This document shows positions 13,061-26,400 of a stretch of DNA of 64,000 bases, piece after piece. A model generated the notes under the pieces. That model worked only from the letters and a program-made list of their open reading frames with translations. It was not told where the DNA came from and ran no database searches. Source of the DNA: Octopus vulgaris (lineage: Eukaryota); contig OX597817.1 of NCBI GenBank assembly GCA_951406725.2, forward strand, positions 92,194,001-92,258,000. The letters are read 5' to 3'. Position 1 is the first letter of the stretch. Every line of letters starts with the position of its first letter. The translations under genes and the position numbers were made by a program.

Positions 13061-13568
13061 GTTTAAGAAGATGAAATTAGGTTTGGAATAGATTGTAGGC
13101 TGTTTAGAGAAATAGCTCTATCAGTAGTTCATTTTCCCACTTTGTTTTGTTACTATTTTAGACAGCCATATTATGATCTACTTGGACAAATTAAGACAAT
13201 GAATGACAGGTGTATAGGGCTATGAAGTTGACGTGCCAGATTTCTAAATATATGGTCATGGTTCCAAATATTTTTAATTGCCTCTGTGACAGAGACACAA
13301 TTTTGCAAGTTTTAATCTGCTTGATTGACAAAATAGCCTCCATACTTCATTAATAAAATATGGAAACAACTGACCCAACAGTATGCAAATTTTAAAATTT
13401 GCCATGCTGCAAGATCTCTCAGTTCTGTTATTAATCAAAATTACCTTTTACATGATTGTTACTATAAAATTATTTGAAGCTCTGAAATAGTTTTATTTAA
13501 GAGTTTGTTCAAAACACCTACTTAATTATATCAACAAAAAATAAACATAGGTATTTTACAGACAAGGC

Positions 13569-13887
13569 AGTACATTTTGAATACAGTATAGCTGTGAAAA
13601 CAGCAGAAAGAATGGGTATTTTACCCTTACAAGTTGGGAAAAGTTGTCAGTAGATGGCTATGGAACTTGAGCCTGTACCCCTCAGATATCAGCTGAACAC
13701 TCTACCATTAAACTAAATGGCACACTGTCAGCAGGCTGCTTATCTTAATGCTAGAGTATTGAGCCAGTATCTAAGGGGTACAAGTTCAAGTCCTATAGCC
13801 ATCTGCTGGCAACTTTACCTATCTTATAAGGGTAAAATACCCAATCTTCCTGCTGTTTTCACAGCTATACTGTAGTTGAAATTTACT
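13569..13887. repeat. Long palindrome (foldback) made of two divergent tRNA-like cassettes
   Basis: Arms ~13569-13721 and ~13735-13887 are reverse complements (about 85% identity by eye; tacagtatagctgtgaaaacagcag is exact) with a ~13-nt spacer. The inner ~68 nt of each arm carries A-box-like and B-box-like motifs. Confidence 0.9.
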
Positions 13888-14403
13888 TTCTAAACAGTGG
13901 ATTCTGGTTACAAATGTAGCCATGAATAGATTAAACTATATAAAAAATACAAGGTTGCTTTGAGGTTTTTTTTATATTTTATTTTTCAGAAATTAAAATA
14001 TTGTGAGTATTTGCTTACATGTACTTTGTAAATATTTATTAAATACATGTAAGTGTTCCTTGGTATCAGAATTAGAACATTGAAACCAGAAAATTTTATT
14101 CTCAATATTGTATAAAATTTTTTAAATCTCATTGGTTTAATGCACAATTAGAATTATTGAAAATCACTCTTGTAGGAAATTTAAACTTTCAGTCTTCTGC
14201 AATCTGCAAGATACCAATAAAAATATAACTGTAGTATTAATAAAATAGTATTGATGTAGAAATTTGTTATTTAAGCAAATTATAGCAGTGTTGATTGTCA
14301 AATCATTCTATTGGATTGATCTAATAAACTCCTGCATCTAAAATAAGGTTAATGATTATCGCAATAATAAATAGGAAGTGGGCAGAGATTTTTTAGCAAA
14401 CTA

Positions 14404-14444
<41 letters not shown>

Positions 14445-15229
14445 TCATATATTATTGCAAAATTGAAGCTATGTTGGCCATATGTTGGCATATTATCAAA
14501 TGGCACTTTATATTAAAGAATGCCAGCAGATATGAAATAAATCAATGTATTGCTGTATTGTTTGAAGTCTGCAGTAGAGAAGACTTTAACATTCACTGTA
14601 TTGTTTTGCCTAATGGTATAAGCTTCATTAGCTCTCTAATTATGATTAAGAAGCTTGATTTAAGGTTCAGTCCCACTCCATGGCACTTTACTCAAGTGTC
14701 TTCCACCAAAGCCTCTTGTTGACTGCCACTAAGTCTTATATGTAGTAATTTGTCAGATGAATTGAATCTGTTCTTTGGCAGTAGTCCAAGGTATATTAAA
14801 CAATTGATGTTCACAGCTAGAATGCTTTTGATTTTAGGTTCAGTCTCACCTGACAGCACTTTAAGCACATATTTTTGTACAATAGCTTCAAGTTGACCAA
14901 TATCATGTGAGTGGGTTTTGTTGAAGGAAAACTGTGTAGAAGCCTGTGTTTGTGGTTGTCTTTCTGCACACACACACCCATCTCTGCTGGAATGATTTTC
15001 GTCTCCCTCCAATATACATTGTATTTTTAAATTCAGCATGTCTGTCAAAGATTTGGTTGAAGTATTTATACACAGTTTGTAATCAGAAGTAGAATAGATT
15101 GATGGGGGAAGGAATAAAGAGCAAATCAAGTAGTAAATATGTGTGTATGCGTAGGACATTTCACAGTTGCCGTTTATTTCAATCACTTTTGTAAAGATTA
15201 TCACGTAACTTATTTTTTCATTTAATCCC

Positions 15230-17073
15230 CATTTCAGTTTTCGAAAAAGTTTCCTATAACAATGTTCTCAGTCTCTACAAGAGGAGTCAGGGTAGATGTA
15301 GATGATCAGTATTCTACAGTGAAGCAAAGACAAGTACAGGTAGCCATAGTCAATGTTGAATTTTGCAACTCTGTTAAGTATGTTTGCAAATATATAAACA
15401 AAGGTTTAGATGCTGCAACATACACTCTTATACAGAATGGCAGTCAGCAGATAGATAAAAATGACGAGGATGCACAGTATGACAGGGGTAGATAAATCAG
15501 TACCAAATAGGCCTTTTGGCACATCTTCAATTTTCCCATTCATGTGAGACACCCAGCCATCATTCATTTGAGTGTCCACTACTCCTGGAGAAATAATAAA
15601 TGACGCAAGAGGAAATGGGCTGATGCTCTTGCAAGAGTTTACAGTGTCTCCGCAAACCAAGTAGAATGCTACTATTTATGGCTCCTTTTGCATGAAGTAT
15701 CTAGTCTCAAACCATTCCAAAATTCAAGGAGGGTAAATGGTCATGTGTGTGAAACTTATTGGGAAGCATGCTTCAACAAGGTTTTTTTGTTGGTATGGAC
15801 ATGTACTGCGGATGGATGAGGAGAGATGTGTGCCACTCCCAAACTGTTGAAGGAATCCGGGGTAGAGGTAAACCCAGGAGGACATGGGATGAGGTAGTCA
15901 AGCATGACCTTCGTACATTGGGCCTCACAGAGGCTATGGCGAAAGACCAAGACCTCTGGAGATGTGCTGTGACTTCGAAGACCTGACAAATGAAGTGAGT
16001 TCATAGCTTGCAGGACGGCCTGCTATGCTTGAGGAGACCTATCGTTTCAAGTACATGAACATCAAAATAAAATCGAATGGATATTGTAGTTGCGATACCC
16101 GTGCCGGTGGCATGTAGGGCCTCACAGAGGAAATGACAAAGACCGAGACCTCTGAGATATGCTGTGACTGTGAAGACCTGACAAATGAAGTGAGTTCATG
16201 GCTCGCAGAGCGGCCTGCTGTACTAACCTTGGATCATAGAGTGACCCTCTGTTCTTGAGGAGACCTATTGAGTCAAGTACGGCAACACCAACCTCAAAAT
16301 AAAAATCAAATGGAAATTGTAGTTAAGATACCCGTGCCGGTGATACGTAAGAAGCACCGTCCGAACATGGCAGATGCCAGCGCTGCCTGACTGGCGTCCG
16401 TGTCGGTGACATGTAAAAGCACCAACCGATCGTGACCATTTGCCAGCCTCATCTGGCCTCTGTGCCGGTGGCACGTAAAAAGCACCCACTACACTCACAG
16501 AGTGGTTGGCGTTAGGAAGAGCATGTAGAAACACTGCCAGATCAGACTGGAACCTGGTGCAGCCTCCTGGCCTCCCAGACCCTGGTCAACCCGTCCAACC
16601 CATGCTAGCATGGAAAATGGACGTTAAACGATGATGATGAGTATTGGGACCTTGCATTGACTGAAGCATTAGTATCAGATTCTCCAAGAAAATTCCATGA
16701 CCTACTTGCAATTATACTGAACATGTGTCAACTTAGTGGTCCCTTACAGCTTTGGATGAAACATCGTGAGGTCATGGCTGGGGACTTAAATATGCAGTTT
16801 AGCAGGCAAACCCAGATATCAATATTCACTTCTGAAACAATTATTAACCAAGCAATGATTGAAATCGCGGATCAAGTTTTGGCCATGCAAAGCAAAAATT
16901 TGCAAGAGTCTGACTCTGGACTGCCAAAAACAAACCATCAGATTAGTAATTTAACTTCAAGAGATATAGCAAGAGAGACAAATTATGACATCACAGACTC
17001 GGCTGCTTTTGTGAATGAACATGAACCTAAACGTCTTCCAGAATAATGCTCTGCATATTATCAAATTTTTTGT

Positions 17074-17118
<45 letters not shown>

Positions 17119-17273
17119 TTTGTATTACGAATTCAGAATTGTTTTCTGAAGAAATAAATTGAAGAATAAATTGAATTTAGAATAACAAATTGCTATACAA
17201 CATATTTTGCATTTTGTCTTCCAATATATAAGGAACAATTTCATTCCTGGGCAATGCCAGGTGCTTCTGCTAG
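15230..17273 (+). mobile_element. Internally deleted Helitron with Rep/helicase remnants, interrupted by an RTE fragment
   Basis: Peptides NVEFCNSVKYVCKYINKG, GR.IS..AFWHIFNFPIH, RVYSVS...ECYYL.LLLHEV, VNGHVCETYWEAC and YWDLALTEALVSDSP. 3' hairpin cctgggcaatgccagg followed by CTAG|T at 17270-17274. The 5' end is uncertain. Confidence 0.88.
15788..16640 (+). mobile_element. 5'-truncated RTE-clade LINE (ORF2 C-terminus, 3' UTR and (GAT)n tail) with an internal ~197-bp duplication
   Basis: WYGHVLRMDE..VEGIRGRGKPRRTWDEVVKHDL; the block starting gggcctcacagagg occurs at 15920 and again at 16117; ends ttaaacgatgatgatga; same family as 56867-58770. Confidence 0.9.
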
Positions 17274-17298
17274 TATATATATATATATATATATATCA

Positions 17299-17519
17299 GG
17301 CGAGCTAGCAGAAACGTTAGCACGCCGGGCGAAATGCTTAGCGGTATTTCGTCTGTCGTTACGTTCTGAGTCCAAATTCCGCTGAGGTCGACTTTGCCTT
17401 TCATCCTCTCGGGGTCAATAAATAAAGTACCAGTTTCGCACTGGGTCGATGTAATCGACTTAATCCCTTGTCTGTCCTTGTTTGTCCCCTCTATGTTTAG
17501 CCCCCTGTGGGTAGTAAAG

Positions 17520-17524
<5 letters not shown>
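17299..17524 (+). mobile_element. tRNA-derived SINE (family A), young CpG-rich copy inserted in (TA)n
   Basis: Head ggcgagctagcagaaacgttagcacgccggg, B-box-like gagtccaaattcc, central gactttgcctttcatcct..ggggtc.ataaa..agtacc; homologous copies at 31452-32075 and 33955-34150. Confidence 0.88.
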
Positions 17525-17568
<44 letters not shown>

Positions 17569-20500
17569 GAAAGAAAAAGACTAGTATTATGCTTTGAAAT
17601 GAAAATTCAAGATGATCACAGGTAGCATGCTTAGTCATAACTGACTTGAGGTTAAGCAGCAACACACTAAATACTCATTCTACTATTTCCTCCTGAGATT
17701 GTAACCCTTTGGTATTCCCCTCTCCATCTGTTTTATACACTGACCTACAGATATTCATGTACCTCATGAATCTGCTGGGTGGGCTTACAATGATCAGAGG
17801 CACTATTTTATCTAAATAAAAAAAAAATTTTAAGCAGCAGTTTTTGTTCCTAATCAGCTGTTAATTTTATTTTTGTATTTTTTTTAAATAGCTGAAAATT
17901 ACCATTTGTTCTATCAGTGGTCCATATACCATTCTGTCAGTTCATTAAGGTATTTTTGCCGTGTACAGGAACATTCCATTTTAGTCACTGTTTACCCTCT
18001 TAATTTTTTGTTCTCCATTTAAGAGAAACCTTATTTTAATTTCATAACATTTTATTAATTAAGCCACTACTTATCTATTTGTAATATAATATAGAAAGAA
18101 TGTCTCGGTTTCATTCACTTGTAGTTTAACTTTTCATGTATGCTCCATTACACACCCCAGAGTCAGTGACTCTAATAGAGTAATTTCAATGAATTAAACT
18201 CTACAAACAAAAATTGCTTTGAAGATGCATACAGGCTGCAAGTTTTCTGTCATGTAATCCACCAATGTTTATAAAGTAAACTATAAGTTTATTTTGTTAT
18301 GATAATGAGGTAACTACTGACACACTGAAAATATGATCTTATTTACTAATTAAGAGAATGTGTGTCAGTTAGTTAAAACGGCTATGTGTATTTAGTGATT
18401 TATGATAGAAGGATTAGTCTGTAAAGAGGAAAATTCAGAGTTTAGTGAGTTGCATCTTTTTTTCTCCCCTCATTATTTGACTTGAAGTTTTTATATTAAG
18501 GTTAAACTAAGACAGTTTAATATCCTTTTAAGATAATATAGTCTTCTTTGTTTGGTCACCTTTCATAATCATGCAGGTGTTTTTTAAACACTACAGAAAA
18601 AGATTCTAAGCATAGCTGTGTTGTAAAGATGTTTCTTTCACAATCTTGTGTTTCCAGGTTAAATCCTGTTGTGTAGCACCTTGGGCACTGTCTTCTAAAG
18701 TATTATTAATAACACTTGGTTGTTGAAATTTAGCAGATGAAAACTATGCAAAAGACAACAGCATCAATAACCATACATGTGCATAGAGTTTGTATTGCCC
18801 TCACAAGGCATTCATCTAGCCCTCAGTGACCATCAGATCACAGAGCATGAGATCCTGTCAAAGGCTTCTAGATTGATAAATGCAAAGTACAGTGATTTAT
18901 TCTTAATTTCTCTGCAGTTGTCTCAGTAGAAAGATGACAGCAGTTGTATCAATTTGAATGACTGAAACCTCTACTGAGTCTGTGCTGGAAAACTTTTCTC
19001 TCCTAGATTCTCTTTCTTCAATAAATTCTCATAACTGTATTTCCATACTTCTCTCCTTTTAATGTCTGTAAGTATAGGTGTGATGTTATATTCCATACAC
19101 CCCTCTGTGTGTATATGTGTGTGTATCATTCACTGATGTATTTCACTGAGAAGAGAAAAGACAAAACATACAATGCTTTTAAATGAAAATACTGTGGTAT
19201 TTAGTCTGCCCACATTACACATACAATTCCTTGTCACTTTCACGATCATAAATTCAGCAAACCAGTGACTTGCTTATTGGAAGGCTGTAATCAACAATTG
19301 GAATGTAAACTAAAAATCACCTATTGGGACATAAATTAAAAAATTAAAATCCATCACTATATTAATGATGAATTCTCTCAACAGTTTCAATATATGAGGA
19401 TTTAATAGCCATAGCTATTGACCATCCACACAGATTATTTGTTTTCTGTGCTGAAGCCTTGTGTATGACCAGCCACATTTTTAGGAAATGGTGATAACAA
19501 ACTCAGTGTAAATGTTTGCCACAAACTCAAAAAACAACATTTCTCAGGCTTTTCTCTGTTTCCTAAGATAATTGCCTTTGCCACAACTTAGAGTCTAACC
19601 CACTCTGATAAGTTCATAACCAGAAATTTCTGAGTCCTTACAGACATAATACAGATATAATTGAATGGTTGGTTATTGACTCTCCAGAATTCACCCACTT
19701 CTCTTTTTTTTTTTTACCTTGCAGCATGTCCAAAAACCACCCTACTCACCTAGCAGGCTTACTTGTGTTACCAGTAGCTCTGAAGAACAACCCGACATGA
19801 CCAATATACACATACAAGAATCAGTAGCCAACCAAGTTTTGCTGCATAAAACAACCTACCTGTCTTTATATCACTATTAAAGACTTCACCCAGGAATCTA
19901 ATTTTTTTTAGTTGCTATACATATTAGTATTTAAAAGGTATTCATTTTGTAGATATCTGAGCATGATGCTTCTTCAACAAAAAAAAATTTTGATGTAAAG
20001 AGACTTACATGCAGGGTGCCTTGTACCTAATGGCATATGTATCCCATGTATTTAGGTTGATACATAATAGCTTGTAAAGTACTGATATATGTATGTATGT
20101 ATGTGTATATATATATATATATATATTGATACACCCTCACACACGTACACACATGTGCTTAGTGTTGAAACTCCAAACATGAAACCATTAAAATAGCCAG
20201 TCTGGTCTAAAAACTTGCTGGGCAGGGTGATGATGGGAATAGAATTTGGTGAAATACCAGTTTCAAATGTTCGAGTCAATAGCTAACTGAAGGTTGTATC
20301 ATTATAATGAAAGCTAATACTTTCCAAGAACTGATTGGAGTAAGTTAGATTATTCAGAAACTTTACTGAACAAATTAAAAAATATATTATATTGTTCTCC
20401 AGTATCAGAGGTGAAAATAAAAAACCTGAATGTAAGCTGTAAATTTATAGTGTATGTGTGTCTATTAATAGCATGATGAAGTAGAAGAACTTGTCCTAGG

Positions 20501-21551
20501 ACTGTTAGTCATGAATAAACTGTTATTGAATATATAATATATTAAGAACCATTCAAAATTTAAGATAGGTAACCTATGCTGTGAAGATAGGTAACCCATG
20601 TTGTGAATATAATCACATTTCAAGATGTTGAAATGAGTCCAGCTTGTGCCACTGACAACATTTCACCTGAAACAACTTGTGTGCTCAACACAAACTAATT
20701 TTCTTTAAAAATGGAAAGATACTTTTTGTCTATGAGCTGTCATCAAATGCAGAACATTTGACTTTTAAATAACTGCTTTTATCTATAATTTTAAGCACAA
20801 CTGGATATAATCTTTATTCAATGATTGGATTGGTTATTTTTTTCAGACATGTTATTGTTTGGACCCTCCTCCTCCTTCTACTACTACTACTACTACTACT
20901 ACTATGTTTATGGAAAATTGTGTTGAAATGCATGTCATTGTATAAAATATCTGTTATGTGAATGATATGTATGACACCTTGAATGTAAAATACAAATAAC
21001 TATATGAAGATTTCATTGTATCATGACTGTCTTGTATCCCTAAACATATTTGTATGTAAACATCAATCATTTCCCATCTTCATTTTTATAGCTGCTTTTC
21101 CATACTTACATTGTGCCCTCTCCATCACTGTGTCCTATTACTTGCTATGCTCTTTTGTCATCTCTTTTATGAAGTATCTGTGATCAGCTTTCACCACTTC
21201 TGTTGGCCTTCCTTGGTTTTCTTTTTCCTATACACACATGCACACACATATACACACTCTCTCTCACACGCACATACACACACACGCACGTGCGTGAATG
21301 TATAAAGCAAATATTTCTCCTATATGTAGTGGTATTATGGTATTGCTGTGCCCTTAGTCATATTGTGAGACTACAACATTCATATCCTATTATATTTGGC
21401 CGTATCAGACTAGAAATATTTTTGCTCACAGCATATTTCTGTTTACATCTTGAAAACTTATGGCAACAACAGATTGAGCTTCCTAATTTATGAAAATACT
21501 CTAGGTCATTTATTGAGTACTTATTACTTTTGGTGTACATTACACACACGC

Positions 21552-23404
21552 GCGTGCACCATGACCCAACTTTTAGTCCAATATCACTTTGTCCACGTCT
21601 TTTGGTCCAACGTCTTTGTGTTCAATTTTAAATAAACTTTTTAGAAAACAAGGTGAACATCAAAATCAAATAATCATTGAGAACTTTATTGACAGGATTC
21701 AAGTAAAATAGTGTGGAAAAATGTATTTAAAAAAAAGTCATTTTAAAATGTAATAATGATTTATTATGATCACTTAAAATTGATATAGATTATGTGCCAC
21801 ACTCTCCAAACAATCAATTTTTCTTGTTGACCCATTTTCAATGACCAATCTTTTGAGGCGTTCAGTTATTCTTTGATATTATGTACATGAATTTGACGGA
21901 TCTGCTCGAAGAATTTGGGTCATTTTACCTTGAACGAACGCTTACTCTTCCTTCAAAGTTTTGATTAATTTCCAAAAATTCAAATGTGCTCCACCCGCCA
22001 AATGCTTTATCACAGAATGAAACCCCTCCGCCACATTATTTGTTCTGGGAAGATCTTGAAGAATACGCTGATTAACATTCCATGCAATTATCAGGAATGT
22101 AGGTGGTTCTTTCCTTCATATAGCACCACGTCCTCTCACAATGCCTATGTAAGTCAAGTTGAAGTAAATGATGAATTCAGCAGGTATTTCTTCATCATCT
22201 ATTAATTTTTCATAGGCCTCTTCGACATCTTCAATGACTAGGAAGGCTAATGCTGAAAAACATTGAATTTTAAGACAGAATTCAGAGTCTACTTTATTTT
22301 TCTTTTGGCCTAAATCTGTAATTTTTCAAAATACTGATTGGCTTAAATGAATCAAACATGCTACAATAGATGAATTAGGGAATGATGAATTAAATGCCTT
22401 ATGAACGGCAACTTCGAAATCTGCCGTGAGATCAAGCAGATATGCATTAGGTTGCATAATTTTCAATTGCTCAAAAAATAACTTGTATGTCTGCATTGTT
22501 TTATCTGGCTGTATTGCAAAAACCTGTGGAAAACTGCTACTTTTAACTTGTACATGAAAAACAGTTGAAACCACTGGTCTGGCACAATTTTGAACGTTCC
22601 ATCACATGTCCAATGACGATATGATGCTATATCCTGAAAAGCACTTTCTAATATATGCTGTTGGTCCTCGATACCCGAATTGTATTTCAGAAATTGTTCG
22701 CCATTGTCAAGTTTACAATATTCTTCAGGTATTTCAAAGCCAGTTCTAACCCTTGGATTAGCAGCAGAACATTTTTTGTCAGCACCTTTGAATAGTCCTT
22801 GAAAGTACAGGCAAATGAGGAAGTTGAGAGCAAGTATTTTCTGTTAGTGGTGTAAGCTTAGCGACTATTATGCTACATGAACTTGCTGCTATGTTTTCCA
22901 CTGCTTCATGCTTTATTTCGGCATCTGCTCTTCTAGCATTTAACCAATCTACAATAGCGGGATGGAGGTGCTGGCACATTGTTTTCCATTACCATGTGAC
23001 TTCACACTGAACACAGCCTTCTTTTCTCACATCTCCAGTATTCTTTTCCTAGTTTTGTCTTGCTTGAATGAAAATTGTAGATGTAATTACTTTCATCAGC
23101 TACTTTTGTTTTTGGTCAATATTATGAACTTTGTCATTTCAGGATGGGTAAATTGAAAATATGTACACTAAATTTGCAGCACTCTGTATACACAGCACCT
23201 TACTTAAGAGAGAGAAGGAAAAAGAACGATAATAACAATCTTATAACGAGGTTCATTATAGTTCTGTGAATATATCATTAGAGATATTTCACCTTGTTTT
23301 CTCCAAAGTTTATTAAAAATTGGACAAAAAGTCATTGAACAAAGAAATCATCAGACAAAAAGACATCAGACGAAAAGACGTTTGACAAGGTGACAAGGTA
23401 CAGC
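21552..23404 (-). mobile_element. Decayed Mutator-like (MULE) transposon
   Basis: Minus-strand motifs WTCDGTFKIVP, DFEVAVHKAF..FPNSSIVACLIHLSQS and RTNNVAEGFH. TIRs of ~110 bp contain internal gacaaaa subrepeats (e.g. aataaactttttagaaaacaaggtgaa / ttcaccttgttttctccaaagtttatt). Exact ends are approximate. Confidence 0.88.
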
Positions 23405-23781
23405 ACAGTGCACACACACTAATAAAAGCACCTACATTGCATTGTCTTAGATAAAAGTGTGTAGGAAATCATAAAGAGTATGCTTAATAAACATACATTT
23501 AGTCCTGCAGTGAAAATATAATGTGAATGGGTTACAAAATCTTTGGTAAGTACAAGTGAAATAACAACCAACCCATTTCATCTTCTCAAGACTCATTGGA
23601 GTTGCTTAGATCAAATCTACAAAAAGTAAATTTTCTTATGAAAAACAAATTATTACTGATGTAAAGTCATTTACATGATGCAAGTATGATGGATGGGAGT
23701 TGTTAACAGCCAGACTAGATATATATGTTATACTGTACTACAGAATATATCTGTAGATTTTAATGAACACTGCAAACAGAT

Positions 23782-24146
23782 CTTTTACTTGTTTCAGTCA
23801 TTAGACTGCTGCCATGCTGGGATACCACTTTGAAGAATTTTTAGTGAATGAATCAACCCCAGTACTTTTTTTTTTCTAAACTTGGTCTTATTCTATTGGT
23901 CTCTTGCCAAACTGCTAAGTTAAAAGAGCATAAACACACCATCTACCAGTTGTTAAGTGTTGGTGAGGGACAAAGACACACACACAACACAACACATGCT
24001 TCTTTCAGTTTCTGTCTACCAGATCCACTCACAAGGCTTTGAGCAGCCCAGAACTATAAGTAGAAGACACTTGCCCAAGATGCCATGCAGTGGGACTGAA
24101 CAGAGAACCATGCAGTTGGGAGGCAAGTTTATCACACAGCCATGCT
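23782..24146 (-). mobile_element. tRNA-derived SINE (family B)
   Basis: The reverse complement carries gttcagtcccactgcatggcatcttgggcaagtgtcttctac and gccttgtgagtggatctggtagacagaaactgaaagaagc. Related copies lie near 1725-2015, 14640-14950, 18610-18760, 28555-28690, 40500-40640, 42555-42910 and 60040-60198. Confidence 0.85.
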
Positions 24147-24862
24147 AAATACCTTGTTTTTATATACACAACATCTTCACTTGCAGAAAAAAAAAGAGAT
24201 CAACTGTTTATTATACTTGGTAGCCATTATTACATAAATCTGCATGATAAAACTTTGTAGGCTGAAGTTAACAGAATCCAAACTGGAAAACTTTACAGAT
24301 TTGCTGATATTATGAACTTCCTCCATAGAGAGAAAGGACACGTTTAACTCATTAATCAATATCTCTCCCCCACCACTTCCTTTCAGCTTCTCTCAGTTTT
24401 TACTGATGGGCATTTATATTATTACAAAGTCTTACTTGTTCATTAAGCAAACTAGTTCAAAGCTCTAGTATTTTATACAGCTGCTTTTTAGGTAAACATA
24501 CGTAGGAGGTTTGAAAGAAAGAAAAAATCTATTGCTATATTGATTTTTGTGGCTGCATTAAAGTTATTATCAAGATAAGATGAATTATACCATTACATTA
24601 CGTTGCTTCCCTCTTATACAACTAACTGCACTATGTAGTTGCCTTTCTATATACCCATGTCCATTATTAGATAATATACTAATACTTGAACACAATGAAT
24701 TATCTCCTTCACTGTTGTTATTAGTTTTACTCTTTACAGTTACTGGCTTAACATGTTAATAAATAAACTTTTTTTAGATAAAAATTTCTGTTGATCCATT
24801 TACAGTATTGTTTCTTTAATAATTAGTTTGTGAATTTGATTATGTATTACATTTATTTCATA

Positions 24863-25790
24863 CTAACAGGACCCATGAATATTTCACGGAATTAATGGTA
24901 AACCTACTGGGTTATTTCTGAAAACTTTATCCTAAAAACTTGAAAACATAGCCTGTGTTGTGTCTATATGGAAAGATTAGTCGCTCATCTGCTAATTATT
25001 GAAAAGTGAAAGAAATTGGAATACAATGATTACTTAATGCACTTTATATATTCACTTTATATACTTTATGCACAATTTTATAAACTTTATTCACAGCACT
25101 CATAACATAAATATTCATTGTTATTTTTCCATTTTCCCCATAAACAAAAAAAATATCCTGTACATATGATACAACCTTTAGTTAAATTGCATATATCTGC
25201 CACGTAAATAAGTGTGAATATTTCATGGAATTGCAATTAGGTACATGTATTAAGTGATAGGTGATATAAAAACTTAGTTCAATTTTTAAACAATACACTT
25301 TTCACTATCCAATCTCTACCACCACCATCTCTCTCCCTCTCCGTCCTCTCTCTCTCTCCCCCTCCTTTCTCTGTGCCTTTCTTTAATTTCACCATCAGAA
25401 CATCACCCCAATGCTAAAATTATATTTTTAATTTTCCTCCTCAACCTTCAACTAAATTTTTTAACCACATAATAAATAATACGTTCTCCCTACCTTATGT
25501 CATAGATGCTTCTCTCTTCATTTTCTTTCTCTATCTTTCTATTTTATTCTTCACCTTATACTCTTTTTCTCTCTCCTTTTTTCTCCTCTCTTTCACTTCA
25601 TCTAATCACATGAAAGCATTACAAATTACATACCCTCTACCTCACACCATGGATGCTTCTCCCTCCTTTTCCGCCTTCCCTCTTTTTTTCTCTTTCCCTT
25701 TCTTTTTTCTTTCTCCCTCTTTTTCTCTAATCAGGTGAAAACATTACCAACCGACTAAGTAACGCAATGACAAGCAGAATTATTTTAAGA
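24863..25790 (-). mobile_element. Non-autonomous Helitron
   Basis: Minus-strand 5' end A|TCTTAAAATAAT; 3' hairpin ccgtgaaatattcatgg then TTAG|T. The same terminus with canonical CTAG recurs at ~47292 and ~47485. Confidence 0.72.
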
Positions 25791-25879
25791 TGTCACTGTT
25801 AACTTTTGTATACTTTTTACCTTGTCAAGAATCCAAGTAGCATTATAAGGAGTATTCATTAAAGACCTCCCCTGATCCA

Positions 25880-26400
25880 CTTCCCAAGGACTGGAATAAA
25901 TGAAAATTGACATAATTATTAGTCCTCCTCTACATATCCACCAGTGAATGTGACACACTTCTCCCATTGCTTTATGCAGCTGTGAAGACCTCATCTGTAG
26001 AAGTTGGTAGGTTGTTTTGGAGCTAAGACCTTACCTTGGAAATAAGTTCATCATTATCCGAAAAGTGCCTCCTCTTCACAAAAGACTTCATGGTTGGAAA
26101 GAGGTGGAAGTTAGATGGTGCAAGGTCGGGAGAATAAGGAGGATGAGGAAGGATTTCATAGCCACAAGAATGTTATTTCATCTGGGCACCATGCACATTG
26201 TGAACTGGGGCATTGTCTTGGAGGAGGCAGACTCCTTTGGTCAGCATGCCACATCTCTCTGCTTTAATGGTGTCCTGCAATTTCTGCAACAGAGAAGCAT
26301 AATATCCCCCGTTAATTGTGGTACCTTTTGCCAGAAAATCCATCTTCACTTCTCCGTGCTGGTCCCAAAAGAATGTGAACATCACTTGCCTTCATTTTAG
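25880..26400 (-). mobile_element. Mariner transposase fragment (second family)
   Basis: MFTFFWD...GTTING.YY..LL.KL...LLQDNAPVH, then after a frameshift PHPPYSPDLAPSNFHLFP. Confidence 0.85.

Noticed and set aside
13654-13801. Possible genuine tRNA genes (Ile-GAT-like)
   Set aside because: Acceptor and T stems pair poorly and the two copies differ in the anticodon loop; treated as tRNA-derived cassettes.
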